Below are positions 33,998 to 43,622 of a stretch of DNA of 64,000 nucleotides, piece by piece. The notes under the pieces were generated by a model that had not been told where the DNA came from, did not search any database, and saw only the letters and a list, made by a program, of their open reading frames with translations. How positions within the stretch are numbered: the first letter of the stretch is position 1; each line of letters begins with the position of its first letter. Made by a program: the position numbers and the translations under genes. The stretch comes from an uncultured delta proteobacterium (GTDB lineage Bacteria > Myxococcota_A > Polyangia > Polyangiales > Houyiibacteriaceae): NCBI GenBank assembly GCA_963699755.1, contig CAVOVB010000001.1:1856001-1920000 (forward strand), in the 5' to 3' direction.

Positions 33998-35324
33998 TCA
34001 CGCTCGGTGACGCGCTCGAGCCGCCGAACGGTCTGTCCTGGAAACAGAGCCCATGATGAGGAGCGTGGCCATCAACATCGTCAGTACGGCTGCTTCACGT
34101 CTGGTCAGGTCACGTTCCCCGATGTGCCTGGAAGATCCGCTGAACAACGTGAAGAACGCTCGCATCACAGCGATCCCGTTGAGCGCCGTCGCGGCGATCA
34201 ATGCAAAGGCAAGTAGCGGGAACTCATCGACCGATCCCTGAACCAAGAGGTCTTCGGCTACGAAACCGAGCGTCAGCGGCAGGCCTACACTTGCAAAACC
34301 CATGAAGAGAAAAGCGACAGCCATGCGCGGCGTTCGGGTGAAACTCCCGCCCGGGACATTGACCGAAAGATTCCCACGCCGGGCTTCGAGAGAGGCGAGC
34401 GTCATTGCGAAGCCGGCGGTTGCCACGCCTATCACTTGCCATGTGAGCAATGCGCCAATCTGGGCAACGGGAGAGCTCGTATCCAGGCCGAAGGCCACGA
34501 GCCCTGTCTGGCTCATTATCAAGAATGCGAGCGCACGCCGCGCGTCCGTTTGTGCAATGCCGAGAGCTGCGGCGACCACCGCAGTGATCGCACCGAGAGA
34601 CGCCACGCCGTGAGCAAGTTGCGACGGGAGCTCCCCTCGGAGCAACTCGAGATGCGCATAGACGCCCAGTTGCGGTGCAAAGAACGCCACAACGAGTCCC
34701 ATGGGTGCGTATTGCACGAACGGGGGGAACCAACTGTGAAGCGGGATCACGGCTTCGCGAATTCCGATGCCGGCGAGGAGAAACACGAGCCCAACCGTGG
34801 ACTCGCCTCGACTGAGCAGCACCGCGCCGATTCCAAGCGCGACGACACTCGGCACATGATAAATGGCGAACAACCTCGCCGTACTTCGAGTTCGTCGCAT
34901 CTCTCGCAACTCGAGCCACACGATGAGCGCCGAAGCGCCCCAGAGGACGGCAAGCCCGATCGGATGGCGAATGACCAGGAAGACCAACGCGATCGCGATG
35001 AGAAGCAAAATCCTCGCGAATGTCTTTGGACGCGTTCCACGAATTGGACTGAGGACGATCGCGGCATAGCCGATCAGGCAGGTAATCAAGGAGAATGCGG
35101 GAGCCCAGGAGTGCGGGTCCTCCATCGCGACCCAGTCGGCGGATCGCTCGAGCATGGGAGCTCCTGAGTACGCGCCAGCTGACGTGGGTGAGCGCAAGCA
35201 AGCCGGTGAGACCCATCGCGTAGCTAGCGCGGTGACGGGCTGTTCGTGACGAGGGCGAGCGCGCGACGAACCAGGCCATGGGGAGGAGAAGAAGGAGTTG
35301 CAGAGCCGCAAATACGAGTGTCAT
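33998..35324 (-). CDS. Proton-conducting membrane subunit (NuoL/M/N-Mrp superfamily), last gene of the DAB operon (frameshifted near 35170)
   Basis: IREAVIPLHSWFP, ARRALAFLIMSQTG and FASVGLPLTLGFVAEDLL; ATGA overlap with dabB. Confidence 0.82.
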
Positions 35325-36688
35325 GACGTGACCTCGTCCCGCTGCTGACGTGACTTCTTGGCCGGTGTTGGTTTCGTGAGATAGTCAACCCAGGCCCGGT
35401 CCAGTCGATCCAGCCACGAGAGCACGGCCAGCGCTCGCCCAATGACGTGGTCCTTGAGAAAAGCGTCGAAGCCCCCGCGCTCTAGAGCGACGCGATAGAG
35501 CCAGGGCTGCAGTGCCGTCGGCACCAGGCGTTCGAGATGTCCGCCGGTTCGGGGGAGCTGCTTTCCCATCGCTTGTTCGAGATGATGGTAGTCGTGAAGG
35601 AGACTCGGCGAACGGAGGATCTGGAGCGTTCGAATGGCGGCATGGCCGACGATATGGGCCACGGCGAGGTGGTAGAAGCCAAGGCCGATCTCCACGTAGA
35701 TCAGCCCAACTTGGGTCATCGACGCGTATGCGAGGGCGCTTTTGATGTCGCTTTGCGTGCGGCCCACGAACGTCGCGTGCAGCGCCGTGAGCGCTCCCAC
35801 GGCGACTACCGAGCCCGCTGCGACCCCGGAGAACTCGAGAATCGATGTGGCGCGAAGCAGGAGATAGGGCCCGAGATGAATGGAGAGCGCCCCATAAAAG
35901 ACGGCGCTCGAAGGAGTGGGACCTTCCATCGCACGGGGCAGCCATCCGGACAGGGGCACTTGGGCCGCTTTGCCCATCGACGCCCAGAGAAGGAGCAAGC
36001 CGACCACGGTCGCCCCGAGCACGGTGTCCGGAACGACGAAGCTCGCCCATGGACCCGTCGGGGAAGGTACGACATCGGAGGTACCGACCATCTGGTGAAG
36101 TGCAACGGCGGCGGAGAGCAAACCGATATCACAGAGCCGATAGGTGACGAAGGCACGGAGGCCGTGCTCGACCGGCGCGCGCCTCTCGTGGAAGAACGCG
36201 ATTAAGAGAGCGGACGTCAGGCCGACGAGCTCCCATCCGATAAAGGCCAAGTCCAGGCTTCCCGCGAGGACCACGAACTCGACCGCAGCGCCAAAAATGG
36301 TCAGCAGCAGGTAGAACCGTGAGAAACCCGGCTCGCGGTGCAAATACCTCCGCGAGAATGCCGCGACGAGGCCGAGCAAAGCAGCCGAGAAGATTGCAAA
36401 CGGGATCGACAGATGATCGGCGACGAGACTCCAATCGAACGAATAGTGTTTGGCAGAGAACCAGCTGCCCAAGTGCACGCGGACTTCCGCGAAATCGCGC
36501 AGCAGAAGCCATCCCGCAGTCAGCGTAGATGAGGCTAGGGAAGCGCTGAACGCCAAACCTACGATCGTGACGGTCGCTCGCTCGCTCCAGGCTCGATCGA
36601 GCCAGGCCCGCAAGCCGAGCACGAAGACGGCGAGCATCGGAAAGCCTACGATGCCAATCACCAAGCCATCGACAAGCGTTTCCATCAT
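35321..36688 (-). CDS. dabB: DabB/MpsA-like NuoL-type membrane subunit
   Basis: GWELVGLTS, YRLCD, GKAAQVP, WLPRAMEGPTPSSA, DIKSALAYASMTQVG and HIVGHA; ATGA overlap with dabA. Confidence 0.88.
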   Translation of the reverse strand: MMETLVDGLVIGIVGFPMLAVFVLGLRAWLDRAWSERATVTIVGLAFSASLASSTLTAGWLLLRDFAEVRVHLGSWFSAKHYSFDWSLVADHLSIPFAIFSAALLGLVAAFSRRYLHREPGFSRFYLLLTIFGAAVEFVVLAGSLDLAFIGWELVGLTSALLIAFFHERRAPVEHGLRAFVTYRLCDIGLLSAAVALHQMVGTSDVVPSPTGPWASFVVPDTVLGATVVGLLLLWASMGKAAQVPLSGWLPRAMEGPTPSSAVFYGALSIHLGPYLLLRATSILEFSGVAAGSVVAVGALTALHATFVGRTQSDIKSALAYASMTQVGLIYVEIGLGFYHLAVAHIVGHAAIRTLQILRSPSLLHDYHHLEQAMGKQLPRTGGHLERLVPTALQPWLYRVALERGGFDAFLKDHVIGRALAVLSWLDRLDRAWVDYLTKPTPAKKSRQQRDEVTS

Positions 36689-39666
36689 GCCGCACCGTAT
36701 TCGAGCAACCCGGCCTTGACGTGGGCCGGGCTCAAATGCCCTCGCCGGCCGGAGTAGAAGTCGACGGAACGGCCGACTACGGCGATGGCGGGATTTTCCG
36801 GAACATACGGCTGAAATCGCCGATTCTCGTAGACCGCCACGGCGTCGCTTCTTGGGTCCCAAGCGACCAGTTGGATCCACTCGTTGTTCACCAAGTTCGC
36901 AAGTGCCGAGTCGCGTTCGAGAATGCGCACCAACTCCTCGGTTTCCGCCTCGACGATCGTGAGTAGCCGAACCGGCTCGTGGATCTCCACCATTTGCCAA
37001 GGGAGACCCGTTCTCAAGTCCGATGCGTGCCCATCCATCACACCGACGAGCCCGACGATGTTGTGGGGAAGCTTGGTCCCGCAACCGTAGCCCGTGGGAT
37101 CGACGAAGCTGAAGTAATATTCCAGGTTGATCCCGGCGCCGACCGGTCCAACCGAGCGAAGGAGCTGAGCCAGAATCGCCCCGGTCGAGTCGCTCTCGGG
37201 ATCATACGACACGAGAAAGGCCCGCCGATCTAGAAACAACCCACGTGTCCGTGCACGGCGGCCCACGATGCAAACGGCGTTGGTTGCATGCCCATACTCG
37301 GGCCTTGGCTGCGCGAGATCGTAGGCGTGCGCCTCGGCGTGTGCCAGCGCTGCCTCGGGATCCAGACCCAGGGGCGCTGACTCGAAACGGCGACAGCGCT
37401 CGTGCGCATCAAGTCGGCAGGCGTCTGCAAACGCGCGCTTCGCGTCCGCCAGCGCCTCCAGCGACTCTGCCGGGACCCGATCTTCTTCGTAGTACGTCAT
37501 CGAGTCGTCGCAGGTGTTGTGATATGCGCCGACGAACCAGGTCGAATCAGGGATGACGAGTCCTCTGCTTCGAAGCCGTTCTCGAACCCGTGGTTCATTG
37601 GCCATCTCAGCGAAGGCACGCGCGTTGGGGCCCCCGCGTCCCCCACCCGTCGCACCGCAGTCGTGTGCCGCTTCGTGAGGGTTGTTGAGACTCGAGGAGC
37701 CATGCCCGACGATCAGGACCAGCGACGACAACTGTCCCGCCATCCCCATCGTCGTAAGTGCTCCGGACACGACATCCGCCATTTCATCGATCGTGTAGCC
37801 CAACGCGAGCCCGTCGGGTCGCTCGCCTGGAGCGCGTTCGAGGCACAAGCGCGTCGGAGGCATGGGTGCTGTCCTGTGCGAGATCCTGTGCGCTAGACGC
37901 TCCGTGGCGCGAGGAAACAGGCTCCTCCCAAGAAGTGGGATGATCGCCAAGAATCCGAACAAGGCAGAGAGGACCCCGCCGCGGGTCAGCATTTTGCTTC
38001 CGAGTCCGATCGAGTGAGTCATTTGTCCTCGTCTGCGACGCTTCTCGGCAAACACGGCAGCTTCGCCCTCGTCGAGGGCGCGTTCCCTGACGTAGTGGCT
38101 TGGGAGAACGGCCACAGGGCATAGCGGCCTCGGACGAATGTCCTCGATGCCCTGATACGCCATCGCGATGCCAAAGAAGCCCGCGTATCCGAAGGTCTCG
38201 ACGTCCGGCCGAATCTCTTCGAGGTGCCTGCGAAGCGACTCCTCGCGATCGTCGATACAGAATACGGCTTGAAAGCGAGGTTGTGCCGCTTGCCTGCGTT
38301 TGAATCGGCAGTGACCCACGATTCCGTCGAGCACCCCGATGCGGTGCCTTCTTTCATACGCGAGGTGCAAGAGCCGGCGCCGTTCGTTCGAATCGAATCC
38401 GCCGACCTCTTCGAGCCAGCGCTTCGCTGCTTCCCGTCCTCCAAGCTCCGCCGGCCCGAGTCCGGCGAGCTGGGCCGTGATGAAGCCTTCGTAGACGAGC
38501 TCGAGATCGAGGTCGCTCTCTCGTTTGGCGTCCGTCCGAAGCGATAGCATCTCAGCGAACGCGTCCGGCCCACCAGCCCGTGTTCGAATGACGAAGCGAG
38601 CGGCGTGCAGGTCGAGGCTGAGCTGCAGCGCGAGGTAGTCGAGGAGTCGGGCGCGGGGAGGGTCGACGGGCGCCGTGTCGGGACGCAGCTCCAGCTGCCG
38701 AATCATGCCCGCCCAACCTGGAAGCGACAACAGGGTCTCTTCGATGTACCCAGCCCATTGCGCGTGGGGGACATCGAGCTCTTCCAGTGCCCAGCGCACC
38801 GTCCGGTCTGCGTCCCATCGCTCGCTTTGCTGGAGTCTCAGCTGCTTTGAAAGCCCTTCCATCCAGCGATCGGAAGGACCCGACCCGATTCCGTAGAGAG
38901 AGCGGAAGACTTCGAGCAAACCCGCATCTCGTCCCGGCATCTCCCAATACGCGATCCCCTGATCGACGAAAGCGGCGCAGACACGAATCAGAAGGGGGTG
39001 GACGAAGTGATCGGTATCAATGCCGCAGACTTCGAGGATCTGGTCGCGCCGCCTGATGCCGGTGCGGGCGCGGGGGGAGGTCGGAGCGACGGCGAGCAGC
39101 TCCCTCCAGATCTGCTCGAGGGCCTGCTCTTCACGCGCCTCTGGCGTGCTGGAGTTCCCGCCGAGGGAGACACGCTCGGCGGACTGAAGGATCGCAGCCC
39201 GGGCCGACTCCGGCACGCGACGGTGGAAGCGAAACAGCGTCCCCGTCTCTTCGAGCATCCAGTTGAGCGCAGGACCCTGTGGGATCTCGAAGAGATTGCT
39301 CAGACGTATGGCCCGCATCTCCCGTCGCGTCGGCCCTCCGGCTATCACAGGGCCTCCTGAGTCCTCGATGGACGCGTTGACTACGTTTTCAATGTCGGCC
39401 GAACGAATTCTCGCCGACTCGATGCACTCGTCGAAGGCTGCTTCGGACTGGTAAGGCTCGGTACCGAAGCGCGCAGCGGCCTCGACGACGGCTTCTTCGA
39501 AGTGAAGGTGCTCAAAGGCATGCAAGGTGTTGTGATGAACGAACATATGCAGCGGAGACTGCTGAGGAAGCAGGTGCGCTGCGTGGTCGAGCAGCTCACC
39601 AAGCGTCGCGTTCGCAGTCGATTTCGAGCTGGACAGGCTGAGAGACTCGCTTGCAACGGAGGTCAT
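36685..39666 (-). CDS. dabA: DabA/MpsB (DUF2309) inorganic-carbon transporter soluble subunit
   Basis: FVHHNTL, FCIDDREES.RR, GHGSSSLNNPHEAAHDCG, AQPRPEYGHA, INLEYYFS and HEPVRL; ATGA overlap with sulP. Confidence 0.93.
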   Translation of the reverse strand: MTSVASESLSLSSSKSTANATLGELLDHAAHLLPQQSPLHMFVHHNTLHAFEHLHFEEAVVEAAARFGTEPYQSEAAFDECIESARIRSADIENVVNASIEDSGGPVIAGGPTRREMRAIRLSNLFEIPQGPALNWMLEETGTLFRFHRRVPESARAAILQSAERVSLGGNSSTPEAREEQALEQIWRELLAVAPTSPRARTGIRRRDQILEVCGIDTDHFVHPLLIRVCAAFVDQGIAYWEMPGRDAGLLEVFRSLYGIGSGPSDRWMEGLSKQLRLQQSERWDADRTVRWALEELDVPHAQWAGYIEETLLSLPGWAGMIRQLELRPDTAPVDPPRARLLDYLALQLSLDLHAARFVIRTRAGGPDAFAEMLSLRTDAKRESDLDLELVYEGFITAQLAGLGPAELGGREAAKRWLEEVGGFDSNERRRLLHLAYERRHRIGVLDGIVGHCRFKRRQAAQPRFQAVFCIDDREESLRRHLEEIRPDVETFGYAGFFGIAMAYQGIEDIRPRPLCPVAVLPSHYVRERALDEGEAAVFAEKRRRRGQMTHSIGLGSKMLTRGGVLSALFGFLAIIPLLGRSLFPRATERLAHRISHRTAPMPPTRLCLERAPGERPDGLALGYTIDEMADVVSGALTTMGMAGQLSSLVLIVGHGSSSLNNPHEAAHDCGATGGGRGGPNARAFAEMANEPRVRERLRSRGLVIPDSTWFVGAYHNTCDDSMTYYEEDRVPAESLEALADAKRAFADACRLDAHERCRRFESAPLGLDPEAALAHAEAHAYDLAQPRPEYGHATNAVCIVGRRARTRGLFLDRRAFLVSYDPESDSTGAILAQLLRSVGPVGAGINLEYYFSFVDPTGYGCGTKLPHNIVGLVGVMDGHASDLRTGLPWQMVEIHEPVRLLTIVEAETEELVRILERDSALANLVNNEWIQLVAWDPRSDAVAVYENRRFQPYVPENPAIAVVGRSVDFYSGRRGHLSPAHVKAGLLEYGAA

Positions 39667-41264
39667 GAAGCGGTCCTTCGACGGGTTGAGTGCGGATGCG
39701 GCGAATGCGGCGTCAGTGCCTCGATCCCCACCACCTCCAATTCCACATTCGGCCACTCGTTGGATAGACCCTCGAGGCGACTCAAGAACGTATGGTCAAC
39801 GATCGCGGCGTCGGTCACATCGATCACCACTTTCCGGCAGGAAGGATCGAGATCCGCGAGGGACTTCCTGACCGAGATGAGGCTCGTGAAAGCCGCTGCA
39901 CCGTGCAGCGTCAAGCGCAATTCGGAGCCTTGCTGACTCTTCTCGACGCGCGCACGGAAGATCTGGCTGAAAGTCGCCCCGCGGACGCGGTGCAAAATGA
40001 CCTTGAGCACGAGGCCGGCTGCGACGCCAATTAGAAGGTCGGTCGCGAGAGTGATGATGAGTGTAGTGACGAAGAGGGCGAGCTGATCCAGACCGATCTG
40101 TTTGACGTGCCACAGCTCACGGGGTGATGCGAGTCGTGCGCCGGTGTAGACCAGCATTGCCGCCAAGGCCGCGAGCGGAATTTCGTGCAGCAAGCCGGGA
40201 GCCAGAGCGACGAATGTCAGCAGAAATGCGCCATGAAAAAAGTTCGCCCATCGGGACTGCGCGCCAGCATCGACGTTCGCTTTGCTTCGAACGATCTCGG
40301 AAATCATCGGAAGCCCGCCGACCAGAGACGAACAGAGGTTCCCCAAAGAAAGAGCCAGGAGATCGCGATTCAGATTCGACGGGCGCTTCTCCGGGTCCAT
40401 CGAGTCGACTGCGAGCACGCTCAAGGTCGACTCGATCGTTCCGACCAGGGCGAACATCACTACGTATTTCAGGGACGCGGCACTGAACACCATCGAAAAA
40501 TCCGGGAATACGAACGCGTCGAGGAGCGAGCCCGGTAGTTGCACCAGGAACTCCGGCCCAACGTGGAACTGGTGCGATAGAAACTGATAGGCGTGCGAGT
40601 GGTCCAAATTGAGCCACAAGCTCAGTGGCACTGCCACCGCGAGGACCAGCACCGGAGCCGGGATGGCTTTTGCCCATCGCGTCCGAATCAGAGGCCATCC
40701 AAAAAGGATGAGTAGCGAGAGAGCACCAAGGATCAGTATCTCGGGATTGGCATGCGCGATGCTCTTCGGAATTTCGGCGAGCAACTCCAATGGTTCCTTG
40801 GCCTCCGGCGCTACGCCCAACAGGGTGTGCACTTGCTTCGAGATGATGATCACACCGATGGCGGCCAACATGCCGTGGACCACAGAGGGAGACATCGCTA
40901 CGCCGATCGAGGCGGCGCCAAGGAGGGCGAACGCAATTTGCACGCCTGCCGCGACCGTCCCGACCGCTAGGGCTCGACGGTAGCCGAGCATCGGATCTCC
41001 TCCCCCAAGCTCTTGTACCGCCCCCAATGCGATGACGATGAGTCCGGCCGCGGGCCCCTTGATCGTCAGGCGTGCGCTACCGAGAAACGTGACGATGACC
41101 CCTCCGATGATCGCGGTCAGAACGCCCGCGATCGGGGGGAATCCACTGGCCATCGCGATCCCCAGGGAGAGGGGAAGGGCGATCAGGAAAACTAAGAAAC
41201 CTGCCTTCAAATCGGCAACTGGGAACGGGCTGCGTGGCCCTTCCTTCGATACAACATTCGACAT
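39663..41264 (-). CDS. SulP/SLC26 anion (probably bicarbonate) transporter with STAS-like C-terminus
   Basis: ALPLSLGIAMASG, GPAAGL, PMISEIVRS and IPLAALAAML. Confidence 0.92.
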   Translation of the reverse strand: MSNVVSKEGPRSPFPVADLKAGFLVFLIALPLSLGIAMASGFPPIAGVLTAIIGGVIVTFLGSARLTIKGPAAGLIVIALGAVQELGGGDPMLGYRRALAVGTVAAGVQIAFALLGAASIGVAMSPSVVHGMLAAIGVIIISKQVHTLLGVAPEAKEPLELLAEIPKSIAHANPEILILGALSLLILFGWPLIRTRWAKAIPAPVLVLAVAVPLSLWLNLDHSHAYQFLSHQFHVGPEFLVQLPGSLLDAFVFPDFSMVFSAASLKYVVMFALVGTIESTLSVLAVDSMDPEKRPSNLNRDLLALSLGNLCSSLVGGLPMISEIVRSKANVDAGAQSRWANFFHGAFLLTFVALAPGLLHEIPLAALAAMLVYTGARLASPRELWHVKQIGLDQLALFVTTLIITLATDLLIGVAAGLVLKVILHRVRGATFSQIFRARVEKSQQGSELRLTLHGAAAFTSLISVRKSLADLDPSCRKVVIDVTDAAIVDHTFLSRLEGLSNEWPNVELEVVGIEALTPHSPHPHSTRRRTAS

Positions 41265-41295
41265 GACAATCCGCCTTCGTGCTCAGAACACAACG

Positions 41296-41355
41296 TTGCC
41301 CCGGAGATCTGGGGCAATCACACACACGGGAGACGAAACCCTCGGGGGCTTCGTC
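41296..41355 (-). promoter_or_regulatory. Two hairpins between the leader ORF stop and sulP
   Basis: On the minus strand: GACGAAGCCC-CCGA-GGGTTTCGTC (41332-41355, overlapping the TGA stop) and TTGCCCC-N8-GGGGCAA (41296-41317). Confidence 0.65.
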
Positions 41356-41737
41356 AGCTGGAAGGCGGACCGCGAGCCGGATTCGACGAAACTAGCGATT
41401 GGCTGTCGAGCGGGGCTGAGGGGCAGCCATAGCTCGCAGGAGATTCGGGAGCCTCGAAAGATGGCGCGGCTAGGGGCTCGGAGCCAAGGTGGTCATCCTC
41501 GAGCGGGTCGATGAGCTCGTCGACGCTTGCGGCGAAGCGCACCACGGCAGAGCCCGGGTGCGCGTGAGATGGGGCTGCCGAGGGCTTCGCCTCGGCGCTC
41601 CGATCTGCCGTGAGATCGCCCTCCGCACGGGGAGAGAAACCCAGCACAGACACCAGAAGGAGCGCGGATAGCGCAATGCGCCGGCCTGGCCGACACCTCG
41701 CAACGCTCCAATCCAGCACCGGTTCCGTGACCATCAC
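41354..41737 (-). CDS. Putative leader/arrest peptide with signal sequence and C-terminal RGPP
   Basis: RRIALSALLLVSVLGFSPRAEG, a low-complexity linker and ...NPARGPPSS*; ends 89 nt before sulP. The start codon is uncertain. Confidence 0.65.
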   Translation of the reverse strand: MMVTEPVLDWSVARCRPGRRIALSALLLVSVLGFSPRAEGDLTADRSAEAKPSAAPSHAHPGSAVVRFAASVDELIDPLEDDHLGSEPLAAPSFEAPESPASYGCPSAPLDSQSLVSSNPARGPPSS

Positions 41738-41863
41738 AGCCTCTCAACCCCCTGGACGGTAGAGTATTCCGTCAAAGTTCGGGGCGTGCAAGAAGGGCGC
41801 GGCGGACAGCCTGGTGCACCCCACGCTGGACGCGGGCGGCCAGGTCCGGGTATATGCCGTTCC

Positions 41864-42865
41864 GTGAACCGAGGTTTCGCGTTTGTCGTACTTCTGGCGG
41901 TCGTCCTCGTGGGGTTGCCAGGTAGCGTCCCGAGCAGTCGCGCCGAAGAGGCCGTCACCTTCCGTATTGCCTCCCTCGCGCCTGCCGGCTCGTCGTGGAT
42001 GAAGGTCCTCAACGCCTGGAAGAAGACTCTCGAAAGCGAGACGGAAGGTCGGTTGAAGCTGCGTTTCTACCCGGGCGGCGCGCAAGGCGATGAGCGTGAC
42101 TTCGTTCGAAAGATGCGCGTGGGGCAGCTCGACGGCGGCGTCGTCACGATGACCGGAATGAGCATGCTTGTGAGGCCAATGGTGATCTTGGTCCTGCCGA
42201 ACTTCCTCGATACCTACGAGAAGCTGGACCGAGTGCGAACCAAGATGGCCGCGGACTTCGAGAAGCTCTTCGACGACGAAGGCTTCATGATGTTGGCCTG
42301 GGGAGACGCGGGAAAGACGCGGCTCTTTTCACAAAAGGCGATCGAAAAGCCCTCGGACATCAAGTCGATGCGACCATGGATGTGGAAAGACGACCTGGTT
42401 TTCATCGAGTTCTACGACGTGATCGGAGCCAATGGCGTTCGACTGGGCGTAAACGAAGTGTACCCCGGGCTTCAGACCAAGATGGTCGACGTGGTGACGT
42501 CTTCCGCGCTCACGGCGGTTGCACTTCAGTGGTACACGCGCGTCAAGTACATGACGGCTCACAACTCGGCGATCATCGCGGGTGGCATGGTGATGCGTAA
42601 AGAGAAGGTCAACGCGCTTCCGGCCGACCTCAAGGCAACGTTCTTGCGGACCTGCGAGCGCGTTGAGGTCTTGCTCAGCAAGACGATTCGCCGCGACGAC
42701 CAGAAGGCCTACGATGTCGTCCTCACCAAGGGGATCACTGCGACCGATACGAGCCAGTACAAGGCCGAGTGGGACGCAGCGGCCAAAAAAGTGCGGGACC
42801 GAATGACGGGGCGCGTCTTTCCAAAGAGCTTGCTTCAGGCGGTCGAAGCGGCCGCGGCCGAATAG
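41864..42865 (+). CDS. dctP: TRAP transporter substrate-binding protein DctP
   Basis: IASLAPAGSSW, FYPGGAQGDE, KMRVGQLDG and VYPGLQT. Confidence 0.88.
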   Translation: MNRGFAFVVLLAVVLVGLPGSVPSSRAEEAVTFRIASLAPAGSSWMKVLNAWKKTLESETEGRLKLRFYPGGAQGDERDFVRKMRVGQLDGGVVTMTGMSMLVRPMVILVLPNFLDTYEKLDRVRTKMAADFEKLFDDEGFMMLAWGDAGKTRLFSQKAIEKPSDIKSMRPWMWKDDLVFIEFYDVIGANGVRLGVNEVYPGLQTKMVDVVTSSALTAVALQWYTRVKYMTAHNSAIIAGGMVMRKEKVNALPADLKATFLRTCERVEVLLSKTIRRDDQKAYDVVLTKGITATDTSQYKAEWDAAAKKVRDRMTGRVFPKSLLQAVEAAAAE

Positions 42866-42875
42866 GTCGGCTGGC

Positions 42876-43622
42876 TCAACCGAGCGCCTCCAAATGCGCG
42901 TCGACCCTGCCTGCAATCGCGTCCCGCACTCGGTCCCGTAGGCTCGCGATGTCCTGCTCGGTGAGACCTTCGGTGGCAATCGGCTCTTCCACGCAAACGC
43001 TGATTTCGTTACCGGCGCGAATGACGAGCGAGCCCTTGTGAAGCACTTCGAAAAGGCCTGTCACCGCGACGGGCACGATGGGCACGCCGAGCTCGATCGC
43101 GATTCGAAACAGGCCGTCGTAAAAGGGGCCCACGTGACCGGTCTTGGTCCGGTGTCCCTCCGGAAAGCCGAGGATCGAATGCCCGGCATCGACTTCGGCA
43201 TGAACCGCCTCGCGGAGCGCGTCGAGTGCGCCTGCTCGATCCTTGGGAACAGGAATGGTTCCGCGCGCCTTCATGAACCAGCCGTAGAAGGGGTAGTCGA
43301 AGTGGCTCTCGAGCTCGATGCCTTGTTTGAAATGCGGTGTAGACGTGTACATCGCGACGTGATCGAGATGGCTGCTGTGATTCTGAATGAAAATGTACGC
43401 GGTGCCGGGGTCGACGTCGGGATGCACGTCGTGGCGCTGCCGGTTGAACGTGAGTGCGAGTTGGAGCTTGCAGTAGAGGCGTTCGAGGGGCTGAACGCGG
43501 TCCGGCTTCACGAACTGGTAGAGGATCGTCAAAAATGACAGGCTCAGCACCAGGAAGCCGCCGGCGAAAACCCAGATGAACAGGCTGACGATTCGATCCC
43601 GAGCTGTCGTGGTCTCCGTCAT
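42876..43622 (-). CDS. Lysophospholipid acyltransferase (PlsC family)
   Basis: NHSSHLD and FPEGHR motifs. Confidence 0.9.
   Translation of the reverse strand: MTETTTARDRIVSLFIWVFAGGFLVLSLSFLTILYQFVKPDRVQPLERLYCKLQLALTFNRQRHDVHPDVDPGTAYIFIQNHSSHLDHVAMYTSTPHFKQGIELESHFDYPFYGWFMKARGTIPVPKDRAGALDALREAVHAEVDAGHSILGFPEGHRTKTGHVGPFYDGLFRIAIELGVPIVPVAVTGLFEVLHKGSLVIRAGNEISVCVEEPIATEGLTEQDIASLRDRVRDAIAGRVDAHLEALG

Noticed and set aside
41319..41327. CACACACAC dinucleotide run in the sulP leader
   Set aside because: Too short for a contingency repeat.
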